Below are positions 1 to 8,763 of a stretch of 52,956 nt of DNA, piece by piece. Origin of the DNA: Frankiales bacterium. Its GTDB lineage: Bacteria; Actinomycetota; Actinomycetes; JAWWOL01. The position numbers were made by a program, and so were the translations under genes. The notes beneath the pieces are model-generated. The model did no database searches and was not told where the DNA came from. It saw only the letters and a program-made list of their open reading frames with translations. Numbering within the stretch: position 1 is the stretch's first letter; each line of letters starts with the position of its first letter. Location of the stretch: positions 1 through 52,956 of the forward strand of contig JAWWOM010000146.1 of the NCBI GenBank assembly GCA_033851655.1. The letters run 5' to 3'.

Positions 1-2
1 AG

Positions 3-1127
3 TCCAAGATGGTCAGCCGGGCGATCCGGTCGGCGCAGACCCAGATCGAGCAGCAGAACTTCGAGATCCGCAAGAACGTGCTGAAGTACGACGAGGTGCT
101 CAACAAGCAGCGCACCGTCATCTACGACGAGCGCCGGCAGATCCTGCACGGCGACGACCTGCACGTGCAGATCGCCAACATGGTCACCGACGCCGTGACC
201 GGCTACGTCGACGCCGCGACAGCTGACGGCTACCCCGAGGACTGGGACCTCGAGCAGCTGTGGACCGCGCTCAAGACGCTCTACCCGATCACCTTGTCGG
301 TCGAGGACGTGGCGGCGGACCGGCACGACCTCGACCGGGACCTGCTGGTCGAGACGCTGACCGAGAACGCCGCAGTCGCCTACGCCGCCCGCGAGGAGTC
401 GCTCGGCTCCGAGGTCATGCGCGAGCTCGAGCGCCGTGTGCTGCTGTCGGTGCTCGACCGCAAGTGGCGTGAGCACCTCTACGAGATGGACTACATGCAG
501 GAGGGCATCGGCCTGCGCGCGATGGGACAGCGGGACCCGCTGGTCGAGTACCAGCGCGAGGCCTTCACGATGTTCCAGGTGATGCTCGAGGCGATCAAGG
601 AGGAGTCGGTCGGCTTCCTGTTCAACCTCGAGGTCGAGGTCAACGCGTTCGACCCGGAGGCACCGACGGGCGCCGACGAGGTCGGCCCGGACGGCCAGAT
701 CGAGATCACCCAGGGCGAGCTGCGGCCGCTCATGCCGGAGGAGGTCGAGGCCGAGGGAGTCGAGCCGTCACCGGTCGCCTCCGAGGCACCGATGACCGTT
801 GAGGCGATCGACCAAGAGGCGCCCGCTGCCGGCACGGCCGGCTCGCGACGACCGCTTCGTACGGTGGCCGACGTGCTGCCCAAGGAGCTGTCCTCTGCCC
901 GCCGGGCGATCAACCTGTCCTACTCGGCGCCGACCATGGACGGCGACGGTGGCGTGGCGCGCTCGACCGGCGCCGGCCCGATGTCGTCGCTGGCCGCCGG
1001 CGACAAGGGCAACAACCCGGGCCAGGCGGTGGGCGCGGACCCGAGCCGCAACGGGCCCTGCCCCTGTGGCTCCGGCCGCAAGTACAAGCGCTGCCACGGC
1101 GACCCGCGCAACAACAACGCCGTCTAG
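3..1127 (+). CDS. secA: Preprotein translocase subunit SecA, C-terminal part (5' end outside the window)
   Basis: [46 protein letters not shown]; terminal SEC-C zinc motif [14 protein letters not shown]; frame open from position 3. Confidence 0.98.
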   Translation, partial: SKMVSRAIRSAQTQIEQQNFEIRKNVLKYDEVLNKQRTVIYDERRQILHGDDLHVQIANMVTDAVTGYVDAATADGYPEDWDLEQLWTALKTLYPITLSVEDVAADRHDLDRDLLVETLTENAAVAYAAREESLGSEVMRELERRVLLSVLDRKWREHLYEMDYMQEGIGLRAMGQRDPLVEYQREAFTMFQVMLEAIKEESVGFLFNLEVEVNAFDPEAPTGADEVGPDGQIEITQGELRPLMPEEVEAEGVEPSPVASEAPMTVEAIDQEAPAAGTAGSRRPLRTVADVLPKELSSARRAINLSYSAPTMDGDGGVARSTGAGPMSSLAAGDKGNNPGQAVGADPSRNGPCPCGSGRKYKRCHGDPRNNNAV

Positions 1128-1140
1128 CTAGAGCACGGGC

Positions 1141-1189
1141 CTGACCAGCTCGGCCGCGATTCGTCATGAGGTGCAGCCGAGCCGGTCAG
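1141..1189. terminator. Hairpin between convergent secA and Rv3235-like gene
   Basis: CTGACCAGCTCGGC (1141-1154) pairs with GCCGAGCCGGTCAG (1176-1189), 1 mismatch. Confidence 0.55.
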
Positions 1190-1806
1190 CCGATCTGCAG
1201 GGCGGTGCACTGCCAGCGGCCGTCGACTCCCTCGAGCCGCAGGGCGATCGCGGCCATCCGGCCACCCCGACGCACCACGGCCGCGACCTCGGCCACGCCG
1301 TCGCTCGGTTCGCAGACGTGCACCGACCTGACGTTGGCCCGGTTGTCCGGCCCGGTGCCCCCGGTGCCGCGCACGGTGCTCGCGAAGTGCCGCTCCAGTC
1401 GGTGGTAGACCGCTCGGGACAGGTACGGCGAGAGCTGCATGAGCGGTCGTTCGCCAGCGGCCGCCTCGGCCAGGGCCTGCACCAGGCGGCCACCGAAGAG
1501 CTTGGGTGACGGCAGCTCCCGCCGAGGGGTGCGGGCGGCAGCGGCCGGCTCGTGGTCCGGTGCCGGCTCCTCCGCGACCGGCTCCGGCTCGGCCCCGGTA
1601 CGCCCGCCGGGGAGCAGGCGCAGGGCTGGAGCCGGGGTCTCGATGCTGCTGAGCGGCAGGGCAAGAGCGAGCGACCCACTGGTGCGGTCAAGTCCTGCGG
1701 AGCCCGCCGCCTCGTCGTCGTAGGGCGGCTCGAACGTCCTGCTGCCGTGCAGGGTGATCTGGGCGCCGCTGCCGTACGGGGTGCTGTTCCTGGCGGGGCT
1801 GGGCAT
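1186..1806 (-). CDS. Rv3235-family protein
   Basis: C-terminal part of the 1186..2574 ORF from ATG 1806; EPPYDD and VRSVHVCEP..GVAEVAAVVRRGGR.AAIALRLEG..GRWQCTAL; typical secA neighbour. Confidence 0.85.
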   Translation of the reverse strand: MPSPARNSTPYGSGAQITLHGSRTFEPPYDDEAAGSAGLDRTSGSLALALPLSSIETPAPALRLLPGGRTGAEPEPVAEEPAPDHEPAAAARTPRRELPSPKLFGGRLVQALAEAAAGERPLMQLSPYLSRAVYHRLERHFASTVRGTGGTGPDNRANVRSVHVCEPSDGVAEVAAVVRRGGRMAAIALRLEGVDGRWQCTALQIG

Positions 1807-1838
1807 CGTCGTTCTCCTCGAGGATGTCGGTGGACGGA

Positions 1839-2555
1839 TCAGGACGTCGGGGGGACCAGTTGTTGCCCCGGCAGCAACAGGTCCGGGTTGCTGCCGATGA
1901 CGCCGCGATTGACGCGGTACCAGCTGTGCCAGGCGCGTTCGATGGCGTCCTGACCGGCGCCCGGTGGCAGGGACCGTTCGGCGATCCGCCACAAGGAGTC
2001 CCCTGGCCGGACCGTCACAGCCGGCGAGATGGCCTGGTGGACAGCCGATCTGCTCGGTACGGCGGTGACCAGGCCGATCCCGCGGGCTGGGTCCGCCGCC
2101 GGCCGGTCGAGGTCCAGCACGGGAGCAGGGACGGCCGTTGCCGGTGCCGCCGGCCGGTCGAGCCCGACGACGAGGTGGCCGGCCGCCGCTGCCGGCCGTG
2201 GGGTGGCAGGCGCTGCCTGCGCCGCTCCCGAGGTCACCGCCAGCAGCGTCGTGGCACCGAGCAGCACCTCGACGCCGCGCCGCAGAACGGCCGGCGCCAG
2301 GTGCCGGAACGCGGACCCGGCCAGCCGGCCGGTCGATCCGGGCAGCCTGGCGGCCGCGCCGATCGCCATCAGGACGGCGACCCAGGCCGTGACCACCGAC
2401 ATCATCAGGCAGAGCAGCAGCGGCAACGACTGCTCCGGCGACCTGGACAGCAGCTCCGCCGTGCCGCCGGCAGGGCAGGCGAGCCAGGACAGCAGCCCGG
2501 AAGACACGGCACAGCCGACCACCAGGGCGGCGCCTCGGGTCCCGGCTGATGCCAT
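1839..2555 (-). CDS. Membrane-anchored LysM peptidoglycan-binding protein
   Basis: N-terminal hydrophobic segments; C-terminal VTVRPGDSLWRIA...NRGVIGSNPDLLLPGQQL LysM motif; start ATG 2555. Confidence 0.85.
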   Translation of the reverse strand: MASAGTRGAALVVGCAVSSGLLSWLACPAGGTAELLSRSPEQSLPLLLCLMMSVVTAWVAVLMAIGAAARLPGSTGRLAGSAFRHLAPAVLRRGVEVLLGATTLLAVTSGAAQAAPATPRPAAAAGHLVVGLDRPAAPATAVPAPVLDLDRPAADPARGIGLVTAVPSRSAVHQAISPAVTVRPGDSLWRIAERSLPPGAGQDAIERAWHSWYRVNRGVIGSNPDLLLPGQQLVPPTS

Positions 2556-2695
2556 CGGTTGCTCTCCGATCCATTCGTTTACGTGTGTTTGCTTTCTACA
2601 GGCTGCGATTCCATGCGTCAACCGGCGGTGGGCCGGTTCGTCCACGGATGCCCCACCGGTGGTCTCGGGCTGTCGCGGCCCCGTACTCTTGCCCG

Positions 2696-3250
2696 ATGCG
2701 GTGGCAGGAGCTGTTCGCCGATCTGGAGGCTCAGTTCGACGCCGCGCAGGCGGCGGAGCTGGCCGCGGAGGTCGCCGACCGCACCCGCCGCGAGGCCGCC
2801 CGGCTGTGCCTGACCGACCGGCTCGCCGGCGCGGTGGGCGGTGAGGTGACCGTCGACGTATGGGGCGCAGGTGCCGTACGCGGCCGGCTGACCTCCGCCG
2901 GGGTGGACTGGCTGCTGGTCGAGGAACCGACCGGCGCGGAGGTGCTCGTGCCGGGGGATGCGGTGACGTCCGTGCGCGGCCTGACCGCGTGGTCCCGTTC
3001 ACCCGGCAGCGAGGGTGTCGTCGTCGGCAGGCTGGACCTGCGTCACGCGCTGCGCGGGGTCGCGCGCAACCGGGCAGCGCTGTCGGTCGTCCTGCGTGAC
3101 GGAGGTGTCCTGACCGGGACGATCGACCGGGTCGGGCTGGACTTCCTCGAGGTCGCCGAACACCCGATGGGGGAGCCTCGACGGGCGGGGGCAGTCCGGG
3201 ACTCGCGGGCGATCCGGCTCGGCGCGGTCGCCCTGCTCAGGTCCTGGTAG
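2696..3250 (+). CDS. Conserved actinobacterial hypothetical protein (MRWQELFADLEAQ type)
   Basis: Recognisable N-terminus and GTIDRVGLDFLEVAEH; TACTCT -10-like box 6 nt before the ATG suggests a leaderless mRNA. Confidence 0.8.
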   Translation: MRWQELFADLEAQFDAAQAAELAAEVADRTRREAARLCLTDRLAGAVGGEVTVDVWGAGAVRGRLTSAGVDWLLVEEPTGAEVLVPGDAVTSVRGLTAWSRSPGSEGVVVGRLDLRHALRGVARNRAALSVVLRDGGVLTGTIDRVGLDFLEVAEHPMGEPRRAGAVRDSRAIRLGAVALLRSW

Positions 3251-3251
3251 G

Positions 3252-3518
3252 TCAGTCCAGCTCGGGTGTCTCGTCCTCACGGGTCAGCGGGTGGCTGTCG
3301 ACGAACTGGCGGGTGTCCTTGTAGAGCTGCGCGATGTAGTCCTCGAGCTTGCTCACCTCGACCCGCCACTGGCCCCGGCCGCCGATCTTCACCGCCTGCA
3401 GGTCTCCGTTGCGGACGAGCGCGTAGACCTGGGACGAGGAGATGTTGAGGATCTCGGCGACGTCGGAGAGCAGCAGGAAGCGGCGCTCGTTCGGAACTCC
3501 ACCGGGACTGGCAACCAT
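3252..3518 (-). CDS. HTH_17 / excisionase-like (BldC-like) DNA-binding protein
   Basis: FLLLSDVAEILNISSSQVYALVRNGDLQAVKIGGRGQWRV; start uncertain (3518 or 3527). Confidence 0.85.
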   Translation of the reverse strand: MVASPGGVPNERRFLLLSDVAEILNISSSQVYALVRNGDLQAVKIGGRGQWRVEVSKLEDYIAQLYKDTRQFVDSHPLTREDETPELD

Positions 3519-3607
3519 GGTCTTCATCGTCCTCCGTCAGGCAGCTGTCGTACGGGTTCCGCGCCGCAGGCAGCAGTCTGCCATCAAGGTCCGATGGCGT
3601 GAGCGGG

Positions 3608-3649
3608 TTGTCCACAGCTCGCTGGGCCGAACGGGTGACCTGTGGACAC
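3608..3649. promoter_or_regulatory. Inverted pair of DnaA-box-like 9-mers
   Basis: TTGTCCACA at 3608-3616 and TGTGGACAC at 3641-3649 in a divergent intergenic region. Confidence 0.55.
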
Positions 3650-3710
3650 GGCACTGGCGTGTCTCGCCGGGCTGAGTCACCATGGCGGCTCCGAACGAAC
3701 GGGGGAACAG

Positions 3711-4406
3711 GTGTACGACGTGGCTGCGCCGCTGTCACCGGCGGCGAGCCGGCTGGCACTGCCGCGCTGGTTCGACGCGCGGATGGTGATCGGGATCCTG
3801 CTGGTGCTGGGCTCGGTGGTGGTGGGCGCCAAGGTGTTCTCCTCCGCCGGTGCCACCACGTCCGTCTGGGCTGCGAGCCGTGACCTGCCGGCAGGGTCGA
3901 GGCTGCAGAAGTCCGACCTGCGAGCGGTCGATGTGCGCCTGGCCGACGGGGGGCACTACGTCTCAGCGGCCGGCGCCGCACCTGCCGGCTACGTCCTCAC
4001 CCGGCCGGTCGGAGCCGGAGAGCTGTTGCCCAGCAAGGCTTTTGTCGATCCTGCCCAGGCTGTGGGCACATCGCTGGCCAGACGCGAGGTCACGGTGCCG
4101 GTGCGCCAGGACCATTGGCCGGCCGACCTGCGGGCCTCCGAGGTGGTCGACGTCTACGCCACCCCGACCAAGTCCGACGGCACGACCCCGACAGCGCCGG
4201 TACGGATCCTCGCCGGTGTCACCGTGGGCTCCGTACCGAGTCGGAGCAAGGACGTGTTCGGCGGCTCCGGGCAGGCCAGCGGGTCGGTCACCCTGCTCGT
4301 GCAGGACGACCAGGTCGCGACCCTGGTCGGCGCGGTCGAGAGCGCGCAGGTCGATCTGGTCCGGGTCCCGACGTCGCTGGCGGCCGCACCCTCGGGCACC
4401 CGATGA
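3711..4406 (+). CDS. SAF-domain / CpaB(RcpC)-like membrane protein
   Basis: N-terminal TM (MVIGILLVLGSVVVGA), VWAASRDLPAG, LTRPVGAGELLP, VDVYAT; GGGGGA RBS before GTG 3711. Confidence 0.75.
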   Translation: MYDVAAPLSPAASRLALPRWFDARMVIGILLVLGSVVVGAKVFSSAGATTSVWAASRDLPAGSRLQKSDLRAVDVRLADGGHYVSAAGAAPAGYVLTRPVGAGELLPSKAFVDPAQAVGTSLARREVTVPVRQDHWPADLRASEVVDVYATPTKSDGTTPTAPVRILAGVTVGSVPSRSKDVFGGSGQASGSVTLLVQDDQVATLVGAVESAQVDLVRVPTSLAAAPSGTR

Positions 4407-5713
4407 GGCTGCCGGTCATCACAGCGGTCGTCGACGCGCGCTGGGAGGCCGGCCTGATCTCGGCCTTCGAGCGCTCCGAGCACAACATCACCGTCGTCCG
4501 CCGTTGCGTCGACCTCGCCGACCTGCTGGCGACGGCGGCGACCGGCACCGCCAGGGCCGCCTTGCTCTCAGCGGACCTGCGCCGACTCGACCGGGATGCC
4601 CTGGCCCGGCTGGCTTCCGGGCACGTCGCCGTGGTCGGGCTGGTCCCGCCGGGCGATGAGGACGCCGACCGCCGGCTGCGTCAGCTCGGCGTCCGATTCG
4701 TGCTGCCGGCCGATGCGGCGCCCGAGGTCATCGCCGCCGCTGCTGCCGAGGCCGTCGCCCTGCTCGACGGTGCCCCGTCCGTGCCGCCGTCGCTGGCCGA
4801 CCCGCTGGCGATGCTGCCGCTCGAGCCGCGCCCGGTTGTCCATGCTGCCCCCGAGCTGGCACCCGGCTCCGGCCGGGTCATCGCGGTGTGGGGTCCGACC
4901 GGGGCGCCGGGGCGGACAACCCTCGCGGTCAACCTTGCCAGCGAGCTGTCCGCCGCGGGCCAGCCGACCCTGCTCATCGACGCCGATGTCTACGGCGGAG
5001 TCGTCGCCCAGCTGCTCGGCGTGCTCGAGGAGGCACCTGGCCTCGCCGCCGCCGCCCGGATGGCCAACAACGGCAGCCTCGACGTCCCCGCGCTGGCTGG
5101 TCTGTGCCGGTCGATCAGCCCGTCGCTGCGGATCCTCACCGGCATCACCCGTGCCGACCGGTGGCCGGAGCTGCGGGCAGGGGCGATCGAGGTCGTGCTC
5201 GCCCTCGCCCGCACCCTCGCCGCCGTGGTCGTGGTCGACATCGGCTTCTGCCTGGAGCAGGACGAGGAGCTGTCCTACGACACCACCGCCCCGCGCCGCA
5301 ACGGCGCCACCCTCGCGGTGCTCGAGCAGGCCGACATCGTCGTGGCCGTCGCTGCGGCCGACCCCATAGGCCTGCAGCGCTTCGTCCGCGGCTACGGCGA
5401 CCTGCGCGAGCTGGTGGGCGGCGTCGAGCCGGTGGTCGTCGTCAACAAGGTGCGTCAGCGCGTGGTGCCGGGGGACCCGGTCGCCGAGATCACCGCCGCG
5501 CTGAGCCGCTACCTGGGCGTCACCCGGGTCCACGCGGTCCCGTACGACCGGCAGGCGCTGGACACTGCCGTCGCCGGCGGCCGCAGCCTGACCGAGGCCG
5601 CCGCCGGGTCCGCGGCGCGCAAGGCGATCGCGGCCCTGGCGCAGGAGCTGGTCGGCGGATCCTCCCGCCGCAGCCTCAGGGGCACCGGCCGAGGTCGCCG
5701 CGCGGTGCGCTGA
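4403..5713 (+). CDS. CpaE/TadZ/MinD-ParA family P-loop ATPase with receiver-like N-terminus
   Basis: VIAVWGPTGAPGRTT deviant Walker A, LLIDADVYGG, VVVDIGF; ATGA overlap with the upstream gene. Confidence 0.85.
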   Translation: MRLPVITAVVDARWEAGLISAFERSEHNITVVRRCVDLADLLATAATGTARAALLSADLRRLDRDALARLASGHVAVVGLVPPGDEDADRRLRQLGVRFVLPADAAPEVIAAAAAEAVALLDGAPSVPPSLADPLAMLPLEPRPVVHAAPELAPGSGRVIAVWGPTGAPGRTTLAVNLASELSAAGQPTLLIDADVYGGVVAQLLGVLEEAPGLAAAARMANNGSLDVPALAGLCRSISPSLRILTGITRADRWPELRAGAIEVVLALARTLAAVVVVDIGFCLEQDEELSYDTTAPRRNGATLAVLEQADIVVAVAAADPIGLQRFVRGYGDLRELVGGVEPVVVVNKVRQRVVPGDPVAEITAALSRYLGVTRVHAVPYDRQALDTAVAGGRSLTEAAAGSAARKAIAALAQELVGGSSRRSLRGTGRGRRAVR

Positions 5714-5716
5714 TGC

Positions 5717-5741
5717 GCTTCCGCAGGCGGTCCACGGGTAG
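5717..5741 (+). promoter_or_regulatory. SigB/SigF-type promoter of otsA-like gene
   Basis: GCTT-N15-GGGTAG, ATG 10 nt downstream. Confidence 0.5.
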
Positions 5742-5751
5742 CCTTCCGGCC

Positions 5752-7290
5752 ATGCCTGACATCGCAAAACCCGACGTACCGGTCATCCTGCTCTCGCACC
5801 GGGCTCCCGTGACCTTCGACCGGGAGGGCGACCAGCGGACGGCCAGCAGAGGTGCCGGCGGTCTGGTGAGTGCGCTGATGGGGCTCGCGGCCGGCCTCGA
5901 GAACTCGGTCTGGGTCTGTGCGGCGAGCAGCGACGAGGACCGCAAGGTCGTGGAGCAGTACGGCGACAAGGGCTCGGCCGCCGTCGAGGTGAGCCTGTTC
6001 CCCGATGCCGGCCTCGTCGATGAGATGGACGCCGAGCAGGGCAGGCAGACGACGACCTTGCGGATGCTGGCGATCGACCCCGAGCAGCACGAGCAGTTCT
6101 ACGGCCAGATCTCCAACCCGCTGCTGTGGTTCGTCCAGCACGGGCTCTACGGAAGGGCGTCGGAGCCGGACCTGGGCCGCCAGGAGCACGACGCCTTCAG
6201 CCACGGCTACGTCGCGGTCAACGAGGCCTTCGCCGACGCGGTCGCCGGGGAGGTCGAGGCCCGCGGCGGCCGGGCGCTGGTGATGCTGCACGACTACCAC
6301 TTCTATCTCGTCGCGGCCCGCGTACGGGAACGGTGTCCGGACGTCACCATGTCGCACTTCGTGCACATCCCCTGGCCTGGGCCGAACGAGTGGACCATCC
6401 TGCCGCCGGACATGCGCGACCCGATCCTGCACGGGCTGCTCGGCAACGACGTGGTCGCGTTCCACACCGAGCGGTTCGCCCGCAACTTCCTGCTCTGCGT
6501 CCAGGAGCTGCTCGGTTACTCGGTCAACTGGGGCGACCTCACGGTGGAGATCGGTGGCCGTACGGTGGCTGCGCGGCACTACCCGATCAGCATCCAGACC
6601 GAGGCGCTCGAGGAGCTCGCCGCCTCGGACCAGGTGGCCGAGCACCGCCAGGTCCTGACCGAGCGGTTCCTCGAGGGCGACCGCCAGCTCGTCCTGCGGG
6701 TGGACCGGACCGACCCGAGCAAGAACATCGTCCGCGGCTTCAAGGCGTTCGACACCTTGCTCACCGACCACCCCGAGCTCAAGGACCGGGTGGTCTTCTT
6801 CGCCATGCTGCAGCCGAGCCGGCAGGACGTTCCGCAGTACCAGCAGTACATCTCGGCCATCGGCGCCGTCGTCGCCGAGGTCAACGCGCGGCACGGCGGC
6901 CACGGCTGGGAGCCGATTCAGCTGCGGATGGAGGACGACTTCGCCCTCGCTGTCGCGGCCTACCAGATCTGCGACGTCCTCGTCGTGAACGCCATCGCCG
7001 ACGGCATGAACCTGGTCGCCAAAGAGGCGGTCCTGGTCAACCAGCGCAGTGGCGTGCTTGCCCTGTCCGAGAACACCGGCGCGCACCAGGAGCTCGGCTC
7101 GGTCGCCGTACGGCTGTATCCGTTCGACATCCAGCAGCAGGCCGACGCGATGTACGAGGCGCTCACCATGCCGGCCAAGGACCGGGCCGACCGGCTGCGC
7201 GCCGCCGCGGACATCGTCAGGCGCAACGACGTCGGCAAGTGGCTCGACGCCCAGCTCGCCGACCTCGAGCACAAGCTCCCGGCGCGCTAG
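5752..7290 (+). CDS. otsA: GT20 trehalose-6-phosphate synthase (OtsA/GgpS family)
   Basis: SHRAP, GAGGLVSAL, LHDYHFYL, HFVHIPWP, LRVDRTDPSKNIVRG, DGMNLVAKE. Confidence 0.88.
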   Translation: MPDIAKPDVPVILLSHRAPVTFDREGDQRTASRGAGGLVSALMGLAAGLENSVWVCAASSDEDRKVVEQYGDKGSAAVEVSLFPDAGLVDEMDAEQGRQTTTLRMLAIDPEQHEQFYGQISNPLLWFVQHGLYGRASEPDLGRQEHDAFSHGYVAVNEAFADAVAGEVEARGGRALVMLHDYHFYLVAARVRERCPDVTMSHFVHIPWPGPNEWTILPPDMRDPILHGLLGNDVVAFHTERFARNFLLCVQELLGYSVNWGDLTVEIGGRTVAARHYPISIQTEALEELAASDQVAEHRQVLTERFLEGDRQLVLRVDRTDPSKNIVRGFKAFDTLLTDHPELKDRVVFFAMLQPSRQDVPQYQQYISAIGAVVAEVNARHGGHGWEPIQLRMEDDFALAVAAYQICDVLVVNAIADGMNLVAKEAVLVNQRSGVLALSENTGAHQELGSVAVRLYPFDIQQQADAMYEALTMPAKDRADRLRAAADIVRRNDVGKWLDAQLADLEHKLPAR

Positions 7291-8669
7291 CGATCGCTGT
7301 CGGGCCGGTAGTCGTGCGGGAAGGTCCTGTAGACCCGGCCCAGTGGCGTGGTCCAGGTGCAGGTGCCGTCGGGGTCGCGGCGGAGCTGGTAGTCGCCATG
7401 GGTCTTCGCACGGTGGACGAAGCGGGACAGGGCGCCAAGGTTGCGCGCCGACGTCGTCCCTCCCGGTGTTCCGAACGGGATGGGATGGTCGAGGTCGGCG
7501 GCCTTCGCCGATCGGCCGGATCCGGGGAACCGGCAGTAGTGATCCATGGCCCTGATCAAGTTGGCCAGTCGTTTCGGCGGCCGGTAAAGGCGGGTGCCGT
7601 AGTCGAGCAGGTGGCCGTCGACCGGATCGGTGACCCAACGTCTCCACTTGGCGTCTGCGGAGAGCTCGCGCGCCATCCCGGCCGGGATTTCTCCGTATCC
7701 AGCCAGCTCGCCGGTGTCCTCGCGCAGTCCCAGGAGCGTCGGGAGCGGGGCGAGGACCTTGATCTCGACGTTGGGAGACAGCGGCGTGGTGGGGTCGCCG
7801 GGCTGGCTGCCCAGGACGGACGCGACCAACGCGTCGGCCATCCGCTCGTCGTGGCAGCGCTCGTCGTCCGGGTCCGGGCTGGGCAGGCGGGCAGCGGTCT
7901 CGAGGTGCTGCTGCACGGCCACGGCCTCGACCGGCGGCAGGTAGGCGTACAAGAGGACCAGACCGTCTTGGCCGCGGGAGTCGAAGCCGACCCGGCGGGA
8001 CTTGCGGCTCTTGGCGAACATCCGGGTGCCCCACTCGGGGTCAGCCTTGCGGGCCGCCTTGGTGAGCGCCTTGCCGAGCTGTGCCCCGGTCAGTGACCCA
8101 GCGACCGGGAGGATCTCTGCCTCGACCTGCGCTGCCGCCTCAGGGGCAAGCGTGAGGAGCGTCTTCGTCATCAGCCACACCCGGTAGGGGTCCAGCTCGC
8201 CGGACCGCAGCATCGCTCCGGTGGCGGCGAGCTGGCCGGCCATCAGGCGGGCATTCGCGATCTTTGCCCGGGCCTGGTCCACCGTGGTGTTCAACGCCGC
8301 CGCCAGCTCCAGCGGCTTGAAGCTGTCTTGAAGCTCCGCATGCGGGTCACCGTGCGGCTGCTGTCCTACCAGGTCCAGCACGGCTGACTGCTCGGCGCCG
8401 GCGGCCCAGGCGAGCTGGCGCTGCCACAGCTGCACGGCGGTCAGCTTTTCGTCGTCGGAAACGACCTGACCGCGCAAGGAAACCAGCAGCCGCAGCGCCT
8501 CCGGCCCGGGGTCGACGGCGTCGGCCGCGAGCAAGGTCTCCTGGACGCTCATCGGGCCCAGATCCCTCATGGTCGCCCATTGTTCGGGGCACTCGACAAC
8601 GTCGGACTCGGCGACAGCGTCCAGCCACCACGGGCTGTCGACCCACTCGGCGTCCGGCTCTGTCTCCAT
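7287..8669 (-). CDS. DUF222 / HNH endonuclease-signature protein (13E12-repeat type)
   Basis: ERMADAL, TLLGL...GELAGYGEIPA..AR, RWVTDP..GHLLDYG, CRFPG...DLDH...GGTT..NL...HRAKT, WTTPLGR. Confidence 0.88.
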   Translation of the reverse strand: METEPDAEWVDSPWWLDAVAESDVVECPEQWATMRDLGPMSVQETLLAADAVDPGPEALRLLVSLRGQVVSDDEKLTAVQLWQRQLAWAAGAEQSAVLDLVGQQPHGDPHAELQDSFKPLELAAALNTTVDQARAKIANARLMAGQLAATGAMLRSGELDPYRVWLMTKTLLTLAPEAAAQVEAEILPVAGSLTGAQLGKALTKAARKADPEWGTRMFAKSRKSRRVGFDSRGQDGLVLLYAYLPPVEAVAVQQHLETAARLPSPDPDDERCHDERMADALVASVLGSQPGDPTTPLSPNVEIKVLAPLPTLLGLREDTGELAGYGEIPAGMARELSADAKWRRWVTDPVDGHLLDYGTRLYRPPKRLANLIRAMDHYCRFPGSGRSAKAADLDHPIPFGTPGGTTSARNLGALSRFVHRAKTHGDYQLRRDPDGTCTWTTPLGRVYRTFPHDYRPDSDR

Positions 8670-8675
8670 ACCCAG

Positions 8676-8697
8676 AACCTACCGGGGACGTCCGACA
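8676..8697 (-). promoter_or_regulatory. PafBC (RecA-NDp)-type DNA-damage promoter
   Basis: Minus strand TGTCGG-N10-TAGGTT, 6 nt before the DUF222 ATG. Confidence 0.7.
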
Positions 8698-8763
8698 GAA
8701 AGTCCGCTCCGCGTGCGCTCTTCCTGGTAATGCTCAAGTTTTCTGCGATCGAGAACCAGGTTG

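Noticed and set aside
3252-3527. Excisionase-like gene as evidence of a prophage or ICE
   Set aside because: No integrase, att site or phage genes; the gene is part of the usual secA-linked locus.
3608-3649. oriC
   Set aside because: Only two boxes, no AT-rich unwinding element and no dnaA/dnaN.
4888-5751. N-terminal extension of the 800-aa GT20 ORF
   Set aside because: Off-frame overlap of the ATPase gene giving Arg/Pro-rich junk.
7287-8669. DUF222/HNH gene as an insertion sequence
   Set aside because: No terminal inverted repeats, target duplication or DDE motif seen.
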